A stretch of 64,000 nt of DNA. Origin: Desulfatiglandales bacterium. Lineage in GTDB: Bacteria > Desulfobacterota > DSM-4660 > Desulfatiglandales > HGW-15. The stretch covers positions 288,001 to 352,000 of the forward strand of contig CAXXJJ010000001.1 of the NCBI GenBank assembly GCA_963667015.2. Reading direction: 5' to 3'. The translations under genes were made by a program, and so were the position numbers. Below, in pieces: positions 10,605 through 19,465 of this stretch (positions are counted from its first letter, which is position 1; every line of letters starts with the position of its first letter). Under the pieces are notes generated by a model. It did not search any database, was not told the DNA's origin, and worked only from the letters and a program-made list of their open reading frames with translations.

Positions 10605-13313
10605 TTACTTAAGCATTATCCTCGAATCAAGCACGACATATCCCTGCCCCTCCGGAAGAACCGCTACTGGATTAAGGTCCATTTCAGTGATCTGCGGAAT
10701 TTCCTCAACCATTGCGGAAATTCTCAGGAGCAGTTCTTCAAGCGCCCTGATGTCCATTGGGGGAGCACCTCTGTATCCCTTGAGCAGTTCAATCATCCTT
10801 ACAGAATGGATCATCTCTTTTGCATCATGGTCACTTAACGGGTGAAGTCGCGTTGCCGTATCCTTTAGTAATTCAGCATATGTTCCGCCCAGACCAAACA
10901 TGATTACATGACCCAGATACCTGTCCTCATTGACTCCCGCAATTATCTCCACACCTCCTGCAATCATCTTCTGAAGGATAACTCCTGACATCTCATCAGT
11001 GAGACCTTGTCTATCAAGGTTTTCCCTGATCCGGTTAAAGGCCGCCTTTGTTTCTTCTGCACTCTCAACACCAAGAATAACTCCGCCTACATCACTCTTG
11101 TGTGTAATTGTAGAGGACTCCAGTTTTACTGCAACCGGAAAGCCAATCTTTTCTGCAGCCTTCGCTGCCTCCTCGGCGGTTTTAACCGCTGCGGTCTCTA
11201 CGGTCCTGATACCATAGTATGCAAAAAGGCGGTTAATCTTATTGTTCGGCATCCATATGGGGCGATGAGATGAAGTTGAAAGTACAGATTTAATCAGGCT
11301 TTTAGCTGCCCTGGAATCAATATCCGAAAATTCAGGTATTGTACCCTGGGCAGTGCGGAGCATGTCTCCGTATTTTACTGCATTAGTCAGGGCCTTAACA
11401 GCATCTTCCGGAAAAGGAAAGTAGGGAACAAACAGGTCTTCGCTTACATATCCTCCCTTCAGATCGGTTTGCCCGACAAAACAGGCCATAATCGGTTTGC
11501 CGGCCCTTCCGGCATCAGGGGCGATCCTTCTGATGACTGCCTCGATATGACTTACACCCTCACCTGCAGGGGGGATATAGATAACGATAATGGAATCATT
11601 TTCAGGGCTGTCCACCAGGATACGCAGACATGCCTCGAACTCCGTATCAGGAGAGCCTGCCGTGAGATCCAGTGGGTTACTGATTTTGATATCCCTTATT
11701 ACCTTTTCCTTTAGCTTTTTCAGAAGGGTATCTGAAAAGGATGGGACAATAAGTTTATTGCTGGATGCGGCATCTGCAGCAAGTGTGCCCGGACCACCGC
11801 CGTTTGTTATGATTGCAACCCTTCTGCCTTTTGGTACAGGCTGACTGGAAAGGAGAACAGCTGACTGGAACATGTCCTGCAGGCTGTCCACCCGTATAAT
11901 ACCTGCATGATGGAAGAGCGCTTCTGATACTTCACCGGGAGTAGCCATTGCCCCTGTGTGGGATTGGGCAGCGCGTGATCCTGCATCGGTTGACCCGCCT
12001 TTAAGGGCAAGGATAGGTTTTTTAAGGGCAGCTCTCTTGCATATCCTGCTGAACTTGTCAGGATTGTCAAATGATTCAAGGTAAAGAAGAATCACCTTAG
12101 TGGCATCATCATTTTCCCAGTACTGCACCATATCAGTAGAGGCAATATCAGCCCTGTTTCCCACACTCATAAAGCACGAAAAACCCGTTTCCTGCTTCCT
12201 GGCATACTGGAGAACACCGGCGCAAAGGGCGCCGCTCTGTGAAATAAAGGCAATATTTCCCCGCTTAGGTGATGTAAGAGAGAATGTTGCATTTAAGGAT
12301 ATTTCAGGATCCGTGTTTATAAATCCCATACAGTTGGGGCCTATTATTCGCATACCATAACCAAAGGCGGTTTCACGCAGCGCCTTTTCCAGGGCGGCGC
12401 CTTCATGCCCGATCTCTTTAAATCCGTCTGAAATAACAACCATGCCCTTTACCCTTTTTCTGCCGCATTGATCCACAATCTGAAGGACATTTCCAGAGGG
12501 CACAACGATTATGGCAAGGTCAATCGGGCACTCTATTTCGAGGATGGTCTTATATGCCTTTACCGACATTACAACACTGGAAGTAGGTGACACAGGATAA
12601 ACAACGCCTGTAAAGCCGTTCTGGATAACAGATCGGAATACAAGATTTCCAATAGAACCGTTTCTGTTTGATGCGCCTATTACTGCAATGGATTTTGGTC
12701 TTATGATATTACTGAGGGATTTGATCGTAGCTTCCCTGGCCCGGTCGTCCTTCTTGAGCTCTACTTCCGGTGTTTTTGAAATGGAAAAGGATATATGTAC
12801 GATATTATCCTTAATCTCCCGTTTTGTACTGAAGCCGTAGTTCTGGAATACAGTCAGCATACCTGTATTTTCTTGCATAACATAGGCTTCAAAGGTATCG
12901 ATATCGTTCTGACGTGCAACAGAGGCAAGCCATTCTATCAACTTGTTACCGATGCCCCTTTCCTGATATTTATCATCAATAACAAATGCTATTTCTGCGG
13001 TGCTTCCGGATGGAAGACGGTTGTATCGGCCAAAGGCAACAATCCTGTCTTTCCCATCCTCTTTTGCCTCAGCAACAAATGCATATGAGTTTTTATAGTC
13101 AACCTTGCAGTATCTTACGGCATCATCCCTTTTCATATCCTCAGGTATATAGTGCAGGCGCAGGTATTTGGTCCTGTAACTGAGACCACTGTAGAATTCG
13201 AACCATGCGTCGCAGTCATCCATTGTTATGGGCCGGAAAAGAATGGTCGACCCATCCATCAGGACCTCCCGGGCCTTGTATTCTTCAGGATTAAGTATTT
13301 TATTTTCTGCCAT
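10605..13313 (-). CDS. N-terminal GNAT fused to an ADP-forming acyl-CoA synthetase (Pat-like protein acetyltransferase)
   Basis: GNAT part (AEIAFVIDDKYQERGIG), then CoA-binding (IAVIGAS, RIIGPNCMG), SHTG and ATP-grasp (HKSDVGGV, EMDLNPV) motifs. Confidence 0.9.
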   Translation of the reverse strand: MAENKILNPEEYKAREVLMDGSTILFRPITMDDCDAWFEFYSGLSYRTKYLRLHYIPEDMKRDDAVRYCKVDYKNSYAFVAEAKEDGKDRIVAFGRYNRLPSGSTAEIAFVIDDKYQERGIGNKLIEWLASVARQNDIDTFEAYVMQENTGMLTVFQNYGFSTKREIKDNIVHISFSISKTPEVELKKDDRAREATIKSLSNIIRPKSIAVIGASNRNGSIGNLVFRSVIQNGFTGVVYPVSPTSSVVMSVKAYKTILEIECPIDLAIIVVPSGNVLQIVDQCGRKRVKGMVVISDGFKEIGHEGAALEKALRETAFGYGMRIIGPNCMGFINTDPEISLNATFSLTSPKRGNIAFISQSGALCAGVLQYARKQETGFSCFMSVGNRADIASTDMVQYWENDDATKVILLYLESFDNPDKFSRICKRAALKKPILALKGGSTDAGSRAAQSHTGAMATPGEVSEALFHHAGIIRVDSLQDMFQSAVLLSSQPVPKGRRVAIITNGGGPGTLAADAASSNKLIVPSFSDTLLKKLKEKVIRDIKISNPLDLTAGSPDTEFEACLRILVDSPENDSIIVIYIPPAGEGVSHIEAVIRRIAPDAGRAGKPIMACFVGQTDLKGGYVSEDLFVPYFPFPEDAVKALTNAVKYGDMLRTAQGTIPEFSDIDSRAAKSLIKSVLSTSSHRPIWMPNNKINRLFAYYGIRTVETAAVKTAEEAAKAAEKIGFPVAVKLESSTITHKSDVGGVILGVESAEETKAAFNRIRENLDRQGLTDEMSGVILQKMIAGGVEIIAGVNEDRYLGHVIMFGLGGTYAELLKDTATRLHPLSDHDAKEMIHSVRMIELLKGYRGAPPMDIRALEELLLRISAMVEEIPQITEMDLNPVAVLPEGQGYVVLDSRIMLK

Positions 13314-13555
13314 TTTTTCTTTCCTTATATATCAGGTCCATATAAACTGAGCGTCTAAAACTGCCGGATACTGAAATCAGATGGCTTTAACACTGTCCTG
13401 CAATATAATAGTTTTAAAAAGAAACATCTGAAAATAAAATCATAATAAAAAAAGCAGGAGATAGTAAGCTTTTATTTTCAGTATTAACCGGCATACATCC
13501 CTGTTTAAATGTAGTTACTTTTTAGCATGCAACATATTTTGATACATATACTTGA

Positions 13556-14689
13556 ATGAAGAAAAGACAGCCTAAAAAAAACCAGGTGAATTATATTTTC
13601 AGGCCGGAGGATTACCCTTCTGAACCCGGATGTTATCTCATGAAAGACAGCAAAGGGCAGGTCATTTATGTTGGCAAAGCCAAGAACCTCCGGCGAAGAC
13701 TGTCCTATTATTTTCGTACACGCAGACAGTATTACAAGACAAAACGAATGGTCCCGAGGATATATGATGTTGAGGTTATCCTGGTTAATAATGAGACCGA
13801 AAGCCTGGTCCTGGAAAACAACCTGATAAAACATTATAAACCCAGGTATAACAGCATGCTTATGGAAGATGATGTCGGATATCCCTTTATTGTTCTGACA
13901 GGAGAGGAATATCCACGGCTCCTGCCATACCGCAGAAACTGGTCTAATAAACAGTGGTCGGAGACAAAAGGACAGAACCAGGGTAAAAGGTTCGGGCCGT
14001 ATCTTTCTAAAATTTTTCGTGATGCAGTAATGAATCTTGCTATTGAGACCTTCGGGCTTCGTATATGCAGAAACCTTCCTGATAAAATCTGTTTCAGATA
14101 TCAGCTGAAAAAATGCTGCGGTATTTGTGAAGGCCGTGTATCTCCGGAAGAATACGGATATGCTGTAAGACTGGCTGTTGAACTGCTTGAATACCGCTAT
14201 TCGGATATACTTAAAATATTCCGGGATCGGATGGCATCCTGTGCTGAAAACCTTGATTATGAATCCGCTGCAAAACTCAGAGACCGGATCATGCTTATTG
14301 AGAATTTTCTTGAAAAACAGGTTGTGGAAAGGGATGAAAAATTTGATCAGGATGTCCTGTTTTTCGGGGACAGCCATGTTATGGTAATGGAAATCAAAAA
14401 AGGAATGCTTCTCAAAGGCACCCTTTTCGACCTGCCGGAGGGCGGTGATTATAATAATACCTGCAGGGAATTCCTTTCATCCCGATACCGGGAAAACAGC
14501 CCTGATGAACTTATTATGAATACCCCGGAAAACACAGAAGTAAATGAAAGACTATCCTTTTCAAATAACAGGACCACTGTTCGAATCACTGTTCCTGATC
14601 AGGGCATTAAGATGGATCTTTTAATGCTGTGCAAAAAAAATTATGAGTATCGGATAAAAAACAAGGAGGCAAAATGGGAGACATGCTGA
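13556..14689 (+). CDS. Short UvrC/Cho-like GIY-YIG endonuclease
   Basis: PGCYLMKD...IYVGKAKNLRRRL, a Cys cluster and UVR motif YESAAKLRD; lacks the C-terminal half of UvrC. Confidence 0.85.
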   Translation: MKKRQPKKNQVNYIFRPEDYPSEPGCYLMKDSKGQVIYVGKAKNLRRRLSYYFRTRRQYYKTKRMVPRIYDVEVILVNNETESLVLENNLIKHYKPRYNSMLMEDDVGYPFIVLTGEEYPRLLPYRRNWSNKQWSETKGQNQGKRFGPYLSKIFRDAVMNLAIETFGLRICRNLPDKICFRYQLKKCCGICEGRVSPEEYGYAVRLAVELLEYRYSDILKIFRDRMASCAENLDYESAAKLRDRIMLIENFLEKQVVERDEKFDQDVLFFGDSHVMVMEIKKGMLLKGTLFDLPEGGDYNNTCREFLSSRYRENSPDELIMNTPENTEVNERLSFSNNRTTVRITVPDQGIKMDLLMLCKKNYEYRIKNKEAKWETC

Positions 14690-15555
14690 AGGACAGGGTA
14701 GCGGTAATAACCGGATCAGGTAACGGGCTTGGAAGGGCAGAGGCAATAGCAATGGCTGCCCAGGGCGCAAAGGTAGTGGTAAACGATCTGGGGACAAGTC
14801 ATGACGGGAAGGGGGCATCTTCCGAAGATGCGGACAGGGTCGTTGAAACCATAAAAAAGGCCGGAGGTGAAGCTGTTGCCAGCTATGACAGTGTTGCTTC
14901 AGAAGAAGGAGCTGAAAATATCATTAAAACGGCTGTTGATAACTATGGCCGCCTGGATATCCTTGTAAATAATGCAGGAATAATACGCACCGATGTTGTC
15001 TGGGAGATAAAGACAGAAGACTGGGACGCCATGATAAAGACTCATCTCTATGGAACATTTTTCTGCACAAGGGCCGCCACAGCCATAATGAAGGAACAGG
15101 GTTATGGCAGGATTGTCTGCACATCATCCCATATAGGGTTTGGGTTCTTCGGTCAGGCCGCTTATTCCTGTGTAAAGGAGGGGATAACAGGTTTTGCACG
15201 CACAGTTGCCAGGGATATGGGAAAATTCGGTGCCACATGCAACATTATACGTCCCCTGGCGGCATGGCGCGGCGTGGAAGATAAGGTCGGCATAATGGAA
15301 GAAAACAGGCCAGAAGATGTTGCATCTTTTGTTACCTACCTGGTAAGTGAATCAGCCGGGAATATAAACGGTTGCATATTTGAAGTGTTCAAAAACAGGG
15401 TGGGTATTTTTACGGAACCGCAGCCGCTTGAGCAGGTCCTGTGGAAGGACGGTCGCTGGACACCGGAAGATTTTGCAAGGGTAATGCCTGAAACGCTTAC
15501 AAGGGGAAAGAAGCGGGAGGTGTACCCGAAGACCCTTCCATATATTTTTGATTAG
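14674..15555 (+). CDS. Short-chain dehydrogenase/reductase (3-hydroxyacyl-CoA dehydrogenase-like)
   Basis: TGSGNGLG, VVNDLG, NNAG and YSCVK motifs. Confidence 0.92.
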   Translation: MGDMLKDRVAVITGSGNGLGRAEAIAMAAQGAKVVVNDLGTSHDGKGASSEDADRVVETIKKAGGEAVASYDSVASEEGAENIIKTAVDNYGRLDILVNNAGIIRTDVVWEIKTEDWDAMIKTHLYGTFFCTRAATAIMKEQGYGRIVCTSSHIGFGFFGQAAYSCVKEGITGFARTVARDMGKFGATCNIIRPLAAWRGVEDKVGIMEENRPEDVASFVTYLVSESAGNINGCIFEVFKNRVGIFTEPQPLEQVLWKDGRWTPEDFARVMPETLTRGKKREVYPKTLPYIFD

Positions 15556-15578
15556 AATATAACAGAAAGGTTTTTATT

Positions 15579-15700
15579 TTGCATATATCTGAAGGAAAAG
15601 AGCTTGTAAGTGGAAAGACCAATGAGAATGGGGATTTTTCCTTTAAGATTCCAGTAGTTGCAGATCTTAAAATTGTCACTGAGAGAGGGCAAGGGGCCGG
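15579..15700 (+). pseudogene. Fragment of a CbiL-like Ni/Co transport accessory gene
   Basis: GKELVSGKTNENGDFSFKIPVVADLKIV resembles the middle of such proteins; no start context; lies beside the IS. Confidence 0.4.
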
Positions 15701-15770
15701 GTGCTACAGAAATTATAGGCGGGAAATGTCTTTCAGGGGATTGTCCTTGTGGCTGGCAAAACCTTCCCAG

Positions 15771-17763
15771 CCCGACTTTCGCTATTAGAGGGCTATAAAA
15801 AAATAACCCATTGAAAACAGGGGGTAAAATTTAAAAAGTCTTCACTACAGACGTATCTGATCCCATCGATATTTCAGGTGGAGGCTGGGGAGGTAATTTA
15901 AATTTGAGCCTGTCCAGAAGGAGTTGTTGGGCCTTGTCAGGTCTGGTATACCTGGACATTCTCAACTCTCGGCCATCGGTGGTTGGAACATGCACATCTA
16001 TCATCTGAATGACTTTCAGCTGTTCCAGAATCGATCGAGGTGTCAGGCCAGGTGCGTATGTCCGGGCCAGCTTACGAAGAGTCACATGCAGGCAATATGC
16101 AAGAAATGATACAAATATATGAGCATCTATTCGTTCTTCAAGCTGGTGATATATTGGCCGAACCGATAAGTCTCCTTTCAAATTACGAAAAGCTTCCTCC
16201 ACTTCCGTCAACAATATGTACTGCTCCCACAACTTCCCAGGCTCAGCACCACTCTGGTTGGTCCGCAAGAGGTATCTTCCATCTCGCCTGTAAAGCTTAC
16301 GATATCTGCTGAGATTAATCCTCCAGAAAAATGTATCTTCATTGACTGGCTCGTTTATACCGGGAATCGTTATATCCAGCACACGTGCAAAACGGCCTGC
16401 ATCCTTTTCTGCGGCTCCTATCTTTTTAAGCAGTTTATCCCTGTCTATTGTTTTTTGACTCCTTAACTCTTTCAGCCTGGATATAAAACGCATTAGTTTG
16501 CCCAGACGGATACCCCTTTCCTTTTTACGACGATCATCACTTTCTGCAAGGATGTAGAGATCTTTGTCTTCTGATAAGAACTTTACCCTTACCTTTTCTC
16601 TTACTTTATTCCATAGCTTTTCCGAAAGCGCTGTTTCATACCGGGACAGATGTCCCCGGGGTGTCCCTACCAGATAATATACCGGAGACTCTGATTCACG
16701 CATCTCCTTTAGAACCTCTTCGGTTGGTATCCCTCTGTCCATAATCCAGATGCGGTCAGCAGTTCCATAGCACCTGCCTATGTGTTCAAGCATCCCGCGT
16801 AATGTCTGTTTGTCCTGTGTATTTCCGGGCAACACTTCATATGCAAGGGGAAATCCTTCAGGTGTAACCACCAGGGCTATGACTACCTGCACGCAATCAT
16901 TACGTTTGTCTCTGCTATAACCAAACTGTCTCTTTCCCTGAAAGGGCGGATTACTTTCAAAATATGTACTGGTCAGATCGTACAAAAGAATTTCAAATTT
17001 TGTATCAAACAGATTTTCCCATTTCTTTCTTAAATGCCTGAACAGCTCATCTTTATGTTCCAAAAGCTTATCATGACATCTGTACAATGTATCTTTTCCT
17101 GCTATCCTGAAGTCTTCTCCCAGCAGATCCCCCATGGCGCTATTATCATACCAATATCTGTGAAGACGCCATTCGCTGCCAGGGTCAATTAAACGGTATG
17201 TTACTAGGGTTTGGAGTACATTGCGCCACCTTGTACCTTTTCTACTTATACCTAATCGATCTTTCCAGAACTCCGATAATCCTAAAAGCTTCCATAATTC
17301 ACAGGCAAGCCAACAGGCTCCCCATTGCCTTGGACGGCTAAGCTCCAGCTTGCTCATTATTAACTGAACGCTGTTTTCAACTCCTTCCGGGATTTCTCTG
17401 TCCTCAGGAAACAAGGACATCTGCCGGTTCTCTTTGCCTTCAACAATTTCTATAGCCCTGGTCCATCCGGTTTTCTGACTGTCGTTGATTTCTCCCAGGT
17501 ACAATAAAGTCTTTTGCACACTTCTGCCATCTCTTACTCGTCGGCTTTCGACAACGCTGTAATATCGGTGTGTCTTTCCGTCTTTTCTTCGGTTTGTTGA
17601 TCTTAGGTACATACCCACATTCTCGCAACCATTATCATATATTGCAAGGGGGTAGGTCTTCACTACAACCGGTTTTCAAATCCTCACTATCGTGTTTTCA
17701 ATTACTTACAGCTTAAAATATCGTGCTTTTTGTCAATTTCTTCCCCGAATAGCGAAAGTCGGG
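15771..17763 (-). mobile_element. IS1634-family insertion sequence
   Basis: 16-bp terminal inverted repeats CCCGACTTTCGCTATT (15771-15786 and 17748-17763), flanked by a CCAG duplication (15767-15770 and 17764-17767). Confidence 0.92.
15831..17612 (-). CDS. IS1634-family DDE transposase
   Basis: LYDLTSTYFE, GYSRDKR, WIMDRGI and VEEAFRNLKGDLSVRPIYHQ motifs; ATG at 17612 (MYLRSTNRRKDGK) is the likely start. Confidence 0.95.
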   Translation of the reverse strand: MYLRSTNRRKDGKTHRYYSVVESRRVRDGRSVQKTLLYLGEINDSQKTGWTRAIEIVEGKENRQMSLFPEDREIPEGVENSVQLIMSKLELSRPRQWGACWLACELWKLLGLSEFWKDRLGISRKGTRWRNVLQTLVTYRLIDPGSEWRLHRYWYDNSAMGDLLGEDFRIAGKDTLYRCHDKLLEHKDELFRHLRKKWENLFDTKFEILLYDLTSTYFESNPPFQGKRQFGYSRDKRNDCVQVVIALVVTPEGFPLAYEVLPGNTQDKQTLRGMLEHIGRCYGTADRIWIMDRGIPTEEVLKEMRESESPVYYLVGTPRGHLSRYETALSEKLWNKVREKVRVKFLSEDKDLYILAESDDRRKKERGIRLGKLMRFISRLKELRSQKTIDRDKLLKKIGAAEKDAGRFARVLDITIPGINEPVNEDTFFWRINLSRYRKLYRRDGRYLLRTNQSGAEPGKLWEQYILLTEVEEAFRNLKGDLSVRPIYHQLEERIDAHIFVSFLAYCLHVTLRKLARTYAPGLTPRSILEQLKVIQMIDVHVPTTDGRELRMSRYTRPDKAQQLLLDRLKFKLPPQPPPEISMGSDTSVVKTF

Positions 17764-17888
17764 CCAGGAACGGATGTTGAAATAGGCGCAGTTCTCTGGA
17801 TCGAGTTTAAGGAAATAAAATAGCAGGCCGAGCCTGTTAAGGATTTTTATCTATAAATATTCTAACTGCCTGAAGCAATTCACATGAA

Positions 17889-17943
17889 GGGCACGGTGCG
17901 CTTGTCACGTCATAGCTTTAGCGAAGGCGGACCGTGCCCCTGC
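17889..17943. repeat. REP palindrome interrupted by a 29-bp second repeat
   Basis: GGGCACGGTGCGC[TTGTCACGTCATAGCTTTAGCGAAGGCGG]ACCGTGCCCCTGC. Confidence 0.7.
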
Positions 17944-17962
17944 AGGTTATAAAGCTACCTGT

Positions 17963-19447
17963 CTATCTTTTTTTCATCTGTTCATCAAATATCTCATACC
18001 GGTCAAGGTCCAGCCAGTATTGGATTGAAAGCTCCCTGACATCTTTAAAATATGCCTTGTTCATGCCTCCATGTTTATCGACCAGTTTTCGGATGTCCTT
18101 CTTTACCCTTTCCCATACCTCATTTTTAAGGGTCAGTGTGAGGATGACGTCTCCATAAAAAAATACTGCCGATGGTGCCGGCTTTCCTGTAATAACCTCT
18201 ATAGTCCCGCGGCCAAGACTTGCGCCTGTGGAAACCTGAAGGCCGTCATTCAGACAGCTGAGGGGAGGTTTGTTTCCTGCGCTGGATGTTACCTCAAGGG
18301 TATCAAAGGGCGCCTCAAGTATCTCTCTTGCCCTCACACCCATCTTGGCCCCTACAAGGGAATATATCCCCAGATGCCTGTGTAATTCATTTGTCAGCAG
18401 GCATGCCTTCCATTCCTCTATCCCGTATATATCTATTACCTTATTAACGATTGGCCGTACATCCTCCCTGAAAAATGAAGAGGCCCTGGGAATTTCTGAA
18501 AAAACAACCATTGTCCGCGGGCTCAGATGATAATCACCCGGCAGTCCCAGGGCAAGGAGATATGCATTTTCAATTCCTTCTGCATCTATCTCCTTAAGAA
18601 CCATCACCTTTTCATTGTCCTCTGAAGGAGAAAACCTGAACAGGGATGAATCATTAAAGAATATTGCAGTCAACTCGTCCCAAACATAAAAATGATCTTC
18701 ATCAAGTAATTTCATAATATCATCAGGTTCATGTACCTTTTCAATCATGCCGGAGGCCCGGGTTCCCAGCCCTTTTATCCTGTCAAAGAGATTGGCATTA
18801 AAACCTATAAGTTTTTCTGCGGGCAGTGTAATCGAATATATCTTCAGCCCCGAGGAAAAGACCGAACGGGCGGCATCAATGTCCCGAAGGCTGTTCCAGC
18901 CCGGATCACTTTCATCCGGGCCGGCGCCGTAATAGACAAGAGAGGCGATCCTGTTTTTGATTTCAGGATCGATCCTGAGGGCCTCTGCAAGATTAGTAAG
19001 CGGACCAAGGCAGAGGTAGATCACGGGTTCATCCATTGATTTTATTTTTGAGACGATTATTTCAGCCGCGGGGTTTTTATCTACATCCTCCCCATTAATC
19101 GACCTGCTTCCCGGAACTCTTATCTCCCTTATAAAACTCCTGACCTCAGGTTCAGGTTTGTTAAGGCTCTTCCCTTCTATTACCGGAATATCACTCCTGC
19201 TGAAATAATTGAGAAGGGCTTTAAGGTTTTTAATACCTTCCTCCGGTGACCTGACACCGTCGGAGGCGATAAAAACCGGGACCTGGACCACGTCGCTGTT
19301 TAGCAGCATTGTGATGGCCCTTATGTCATCCAGTGCCATGTCCGTATCAACTATTACAGGAAGTGCAGCATCATGGGCAGAGACCGGAATTTGAGGTAAA
19401 ACAAATAAAAAAAGTACTGATAAAAATATTTTTAGTAATCTGGTCAT
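17963..19447 (-). CDS. Exported nucleoside-hydrolase-like protein with C-terminal FmdE-like domain
   Basis: Signal peptide; VIVDTDMALDD and CLGPLTNLA; C-terminal ELHRHLG...GAKMG...SCLNDGLQVSTGASLGRG. Confidence 0.8.
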   Translation of the reverse strand: MTRLLKIFLSVLFLFVLPQIPVSAHDAALPVIVDTDMALDDIRAITMLLNSDVVQVPVFIASDGVRSPEEGIKNLKALLNYFSRSDIPVIEGKSLNKPEPEVRSFIREIRVPGSRSINGEDVDKNPAAEIIVSKIKSMDEPVIYLCLGPLTNLAEALRIDPEIKNRIASLVYYGAGPDESDPGWNSLRDIDAARSVFSSGLKIYSITLPAEKLIGFNANLFDRIKGLGTRASGMIEKVHEPDDIMKLLDEDHFYVWDELTAIFFNDSSLFRFSPSEDNEKVMVLKEIDAEGIENAYLLALGLPGDYHLSPRTMVVFSEIPRASSFFREDVRPIVNKVIDIYGIEEWKACLLTNELHRHLGIYSLVGAKMGVRAREILEAPFDTLEVTSSAGNKPPLSCLNDGLQVSTGASLGRGTIEVITGKPAPSAVFFYGDVILTLTLKNEVWERVKKDIRKLVDKHGGMNKAYFKDVRELSIQYWLDLDRYEIFDEQMKKR

Positions 19448-19465
19448 GTTTTTCTCTTACTCTCC

